Below, one piece after another: positions 48,563-53,510 of a stretch of 53,510 nt of DNA. The notes below the pieces were generated by a model that saw only the letters and a list, made by a program, of their open reading frames with translations, searched no databases and had not been told where the DNA came from. The stretch lies in NCBI GenBank assembly GCA_020536535.1, contig JAHLWZ010000265.1, positions 1 to 53,510 on the forward strand, given 5' to 3'. The stretch comes from Pelomyxa schiedti. Taxonomy: Eukaryota; Protista; Evosea. The position numbers and the translations under genes were made by a program. Numbering within the stretch: the first letter of the stretch is position 1; every line of letters begins with the position of its first letter.

Positions 48563-50912
48563 TTATTGGTTCTGGCACCCACTAACATGCACTCGTCCCC
48601 TTCCCCCTTCCTCCTCCTCTTCAGAATCAGGATCATTTTGCTTCTCAGGTACTTCCTGCAAAACCACATCCTCAACCTCCACTGTGGTGGTAGCAGAGGC
48701 AGAGGCAGAAGTTGAAGTAGTTGCCGTGGTTGTTGTTGACGAGGAAGATGCATTTGCTGTGGTTTCTGATGCTGACGCGGATGCAGAAGTTGATGCTTCG
48801 GTTTGGCTATTTGAGTCCGCTTTGACATGTTCAAGGGGAGGTGGCGTATCGGCCGAGGTTGTTGGGTTCTTCTCGGAAGACGCAGTGGATTCTTCTGGTG
48901 TGGGCTTTGGCTCTGGTACGGGTTCGGCAAATGCCTCAAGGAGAAGTGTTCGCTTCGCGGGGGTTATTTGGGCCGGAATAGGGAATTCGATAAGGAACTT
49001 GACATAGAGACAGCCCTGTTTTTTGTTTTAGTGTTTGCGTTTTTGTTTTTGTTTTTGTGGTTGTTTGTTGGTGTTTATGTGGGCAGGGATTCATTCTCAT
49101 AAAGTAAACCTTATCAAAAGGACGTTTGTGCACAGGCATTCCTTCCTCTGCAATCATTAAAATATCACCTGTGCCGAGAGTTAGTGTAAAAAAGTGTTAG
49201 CGTAATTGAAGGACTAGCATACCAGGCTTTATAATCATATCAGGGGGTGATCTTACTTGCAATATTCTCTTGTCCAAATGAGTGATCCTGAATGAAGCTC
49301 CAGTGAGTGCTTGCACTAGCTTGATAGACTGTTCGACAATAAGATGGGTGTTCCCGACACGCTTAAATACTGGGTGCTCCTTTTGCTTCAATACGAAAAT
49401 CACATCACCAGGCTCAACTCCAGGCTGTATTTTTTTCAGAACAGGGAGCATTTGTTTGAGACAAACCTCTTGATCTGCCTCCCTGAAGAACTTGATTTGG
49501 GAATCTGTCTTCATTCCCTTTTCTATGTGAACATCAAAAGTTTTTTCTTCCTGAATAAGTTAGTAGAATACTGTGAAAAAAGGCAAAGGAACCTTGGCTA
49601 CTTTTTTCCCAAAGCACAAGGCGCACAAAGTATCATCCTCCAGCTGTGTTCCTGTAAATGGTTTAACAACCAAAGCTTTGGGGAAAGAAAAGTACGAACC
49701 TCTGCCACCACAAGTGCCGCACTTCATTACTCCTTGTTGCAGAAACGGTCCAAATTGTTGCATTACCACTCGGCTCCCGCGACCACGGCAAGCTGAGCAC
49801 TTGGGTAGTTCCTTGCCATCATTGGTGCCAAGTCTGGTGATTTTTTGGGTGAATTGTTATGTAAAGGTGTTGTAGAGGGCAACATACCCATTGCAAGACG
49901 GGCAAGTTGTTGTCCTCATAACGGGAACAGGAACTGTTGCACCACAGTATAAGTCTTCCAGAGACACTGGGAGCTTGTATGCAATATCTTCTCCTTTACG
50001 TTTTGCTCCGCTAGGAGAATCCTCCTCATCACTCCCGTCAACATGAACACCACACCGACGGAGAAAATCGGCGGTGGATGACGATCCACTATCACCATCA
50101 CTCTCACGCTTGATGCCCGCTTTTCCGTGCTTATCGTATATGGCTCGTTTGTGTGGGTCAACAAGTACTTCATAGGCCTCACGGATTTCTTTAAACTATG
50201 GAAAAGCAGAGGGATGAGAAAAGTTGCCTTGCAAGAATTGAAAGTGGTTGGTGCACCTTTTCAGTAGCTGTTGGGTCAGGATTCTGTGAGAAATTATTAG
50301 TGCAGTTAAAAGTAGTACACTCTTGTACACACATGATCAGGGTGGAGACGCTTTGCGGCGGATTTAAAGGCACTTTTAATTTCCTGTTCACTAGCATCTG
50401 ATGCAACCCCAAGGCGTTCATAAAACTCATTTTCTGAGTTCAAGTTTAGAAAAAGAAACAAGCAAAAAAGAAAACCAAGAAAGTAACTGAGAAGGCAAGA
50501 AAGAGAAGTCCAACAAAAAAAGTAATAAATAAAAGACTTAAATGAGGGCTTGACTAGAGGTAGGGGAAAAAGAGGAGTTTATATATCAACAACAACAACA
50601 ACAACAACAACAACGCATACTATTTTCCGGGGGCTCGTCGTCCTTTGGCTCCCCAGCGCGCCGCTTTCCCTTCCTCCCTCCTCCCCCTGCGCTGCTGCTC
50701 TTGCCCCCCTCGGCCCCCTCCCCGTCTCCCTTGGGTGTCCCGGAGCCCCCCTCGGCCCCCTCCCCGCTCTCTTTTTTGTCCGCCCCGGCCCCCGCTGCGC
50801 CCTCGTCGCCTTCCTCGCCCCCGGCGGTGTTTCGGCCGCTGAAGCCGAACCCCTCGTCGTCGTCATCCTCGGCCATTCCGCCGCGCCCACCAAACAACGA
50901 ACTCCAGAACAT
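48563..50912 (-). CDS. Type I DnaJ/Hsp40 (DNAJA-like) with an acidic/Gly-rich N-terminal extension and a C-terminal CaaX-like CQNQ
   Basis: J domain FYERLGV...LHPD...FKEI.EAYEVL.DP.KR..YD; four CxxCxG Zn repeats (CPSCNG, CSACRGRG, CGTCGGRG, CALCFGKK); PGDVIFVLKQKEHPVFKR, EEGMP; ends GCQNQ*. Confidence 0.93.
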
Positions 50913-52723
50913 CTTTCTTTGTGCTTGTTTATGAACCTGTTTAGTGTCAGGTGTGGGGGAAAAAAGTTCAAAGGACAACATAAAACACCAAACCGAAGGA
51001 GAACACAGAAGGGAAACAAAAAAAAAGCGGCTCACCCGGCCCAACGGAGAAAGGGGCAACACCCAAAGAGCTTTTTTTGTTGTTTATTCATTTCTCTTCC
51101 AAGAAAAATAAAAGATTCTGTTATGGCCCAAACAGAGTGTCATTGCTCAAGTTCAAACTCTCTTTGAGAAGTGGCAATTTCCTTTGTGCCCGGCATTTGA
51201 ACAGACTCTTCTGATCTTGATGCCAGTAAACCCAAAAAATGTTGTGTGTCTCAACGATGAGCGGCGACAGACGGTTGCCGGACCAGCAACAAAAACAACA
51301 AGCAACTGCCAATGCTGATGGAGATCTCACGAGTTGTGTGGCGCGGAATCATCAACGACCCATCGTGGTTTGACACTGACAAGAAAAAGAAGCTTCTGCA
51401 CAAGTTGACAAAGAAAAAGGCTGGGAGTCTTATGATAGAGGACAAGGAACAAGAGAAGGGAGTGCAGGGTGGTGCTTATGGGCCTGTGTTGTAACAACAC
51501 CTTCTTCTCTTCTCTGCCAGACACAAGCACTTGCTTAGGTTTCTGTTGGTTGTTTTATGGGAAAAATACAATCTGTCCAGTGGTGACCGGTAAAACATCT
51601 GCTAAAATTGACCGGTTACCACCAACTTTTGTATTTTCAACCTTCCTCAGTCTCAGTTTTGAATGGGAACCAGGGGAAACCTTGACCACAACTGCAAGCT
51701 ACTGATTCCCCCCTGGAGTCTGAGGTTGGGACACAAGAAAACCAATTTTGATATGATTTACAGCACACTTAGTTTGACCCCCAAAAAAGAGGTAAGTCAC
51801 GTAGTGTCCAAGGCTGATCCAAGAAGAAGAAAAGTGATTCTCAGAGGACCACAAGAACTAAAAGTGTTGATGCAAGAAGCACCTGGAAAAGACCCAGAAA
51901 AGGCAACCACCTGGAGTGGCAAAACGAAAGACCAAAAACCAGGGACCCAAGGACAACAACCAAAAACACCATAAGGAAAATCACAACACCCACAAAACCC
52001 ACAAAAGCAAGGAGAGTGGCTCTGATTCAAGTTGCTCTGCCATGGAGTGATAATAAAAAAAATTGTAATGTTTCTGTTGCTTGTAGTTCCCATTGACCAG
52101 CAGTTCTCTACATCACACTTAAACTAAGAGTTCTATCCATCTCCACCGCGATGCATCCTTCTACATCTCCCACCGACCATCAGGATGTAGCAGAAGGCAG
52201 TAACATTGGGGATAATTGGAGATTTTAGCTGTTAATGCGACACATCAACGCTCCTCCGCATCTAAAACCAACTTTTCCTGAGGAAAGACTGAGAAAAAGT
52301 TGGTTTTGATCACGGAGGAGGGTTGATTATTGATTCTCAATGACTTGGGGCAGAACGTAAGTGTGTCTGTCCCACATTGTGTGTGTGTGGCGCCACCTCG
52401 TGTGCATCATCAGGTGGACGATACACGTGGGGGTGGGTGGGGGGGTGGGGGGGAAAAAAAACTGGCTGAATGGTTCAGTAAATATATTTGGGGAAAACAT
52501 TTTACAGTAATAAGATTGAAAAAAAAAGAAAAAGACGAATGGGGGTGGTGGCGGGAGGGGGGCCAAAACATTCTGCAGCTCTTCACACAAACTCCTGGAG
52601 TGGGGCCTCTATCAGGGTGACGCGAATAAATCCAACCATGGGGGGCCTTGTGCTCCGCTTGGGCAGTGCACTTCGGTCATCTGCTTGTGTTTCCCTTCCT
52701 CGTCGCCTCATCTTCGATTCATT

Positions 52724-53308
52724 GTGGCTTGCAAATGCAATAGGATGGATCTGTCCTTCATCAGATAGAGCAGTTATTGAAGCATCAGTTTCAATAGTAA
52801 AAGGCTTATCCCATCGCTGATATTGTAAAATTGGAGCCTTGATCAACTTTCACTGCAATTTCTCAAATACCTTTTGCTCTGCTTCTTCCCAATGCCATTC
52901 AATATCCTTTTCTTTAATTCTTCTAATGGAGTAGATATCTTGGCAAAGCCTTTGATGAATCGTCGGTAATATCCTACAATTCCTAAAAAGCTTCTCACAC
53001 CTTTCTGATTTTCAAGCGGCTGTAGATTTTGAATTGCTTGAATTTTGGCTGATCACCATTACTCGAGATCAAATGTCCTAAATATCGCAATTCTGACATT
53101 TTCCCAAGTTTACTTGTAATCCTGCTTTTCTCAAGCAATCAAATACCTTCCTCACCCAAGATAGGTGTTCAACTAGGGTTCCTCGCGAGAATTGAGCTAA
53201 TCACTTTTCGAACAAGATCGGGATTATACCAATTTGCTGTAATGACTCATAAAAACAGTGTTCAGGAGTCAATCCCGCCAGAATTAAATCATATTCTCGC
53301 GAGGAACC
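52724..53308 (-). mobile_element. Second, inverted and rearranged fragment of the same gypsy pol copy (RT thumb/RNase H)
   Basis: 52724-53190 is the reverse complement of about 1361-1874 with about 5 substitutions and short deletions, followed by short pieces of 1204-1255 (+), 1304-1336 (-) and 1355-1377 (+). Confidence 0.93.
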
Positions 53309-53510
53309 TGGGCGGTGATTTTAGGTGGTGATGATGCACTTAAGCACCTTGAGCACATAAGCCAGTCAGTAAAATCACCACCCTGGGTAAACCACAAGAA
53401 AAAAACTTTTTTTTATGTTGCTCTTAATCTAACTCAATATTTAACAGTGCTGACAGGCCAGTTAAAGCCACTATTTGTCGCAATAAGCACTCCCAAGTGT
53501 TGTGTGTGTC

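Noticed and set aside
51257-52100. Possible plus-strand gene (MLMEISRVVWRGIINDPSW...; MGTRGNLDH...)
   Set aside because: No consistent spliced frame or recognisable domain could be built; likely degraded or scrambled sequence.
52428-52453. G-run tract that could form a G-quadruplex or telomere-like repeat
   Set aside because: Irregular low-complexity tract with no periodic unit and no supporting context.

Overview
Gene-dense eukaryotic DNA with many short (about 30-120 nt) GT-AG introns and very short intergenic spacers. It looks like a free-living protist; an amoebozoan/archamoeba-like source is my inference only. About 21 protein-coding genes can be reconstructed by hand-splicing. Recognisable ones: POLR3C, an SLF2/FAM178 (SMC5/6 cofactor) homologue, an acid-sphingomyelinase-like phosphodiesterase, TEX10/Ipi1, a BAR-PH protein, SNRNP25 (minor spliceosome), an F-box/LRR protein, L-threonine aldolase, a DNAJA chaperone and a villin-headpiece protein. 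Both ends carry decayed, internally scrambled Ty3/gypsy pol sequence in opposite orientations, sharing the same lesions. The two strongest candidates for undescribed systems are (1) a single-pass receptor joining an extracellular glycine-betaine-type solute-binding domain to a cytoplasmic class I cyclic-nucleotide phosphodiesterase (14808-17988), and (2) a dynamin-like GTPase fused to an R-S-E ADP-ribosyltransferase (42007-45008). The second gene lies head-to-head with a bacterial-like asparagine-synthetase-family gene and tail-to-tail with a tail-anchored class IV sirtuin that contains a candidate U12 intron. No rRNA, tRNA or CRISPR was seen. All exon models and family calls come from manual reading and motif recall; no searches were run.
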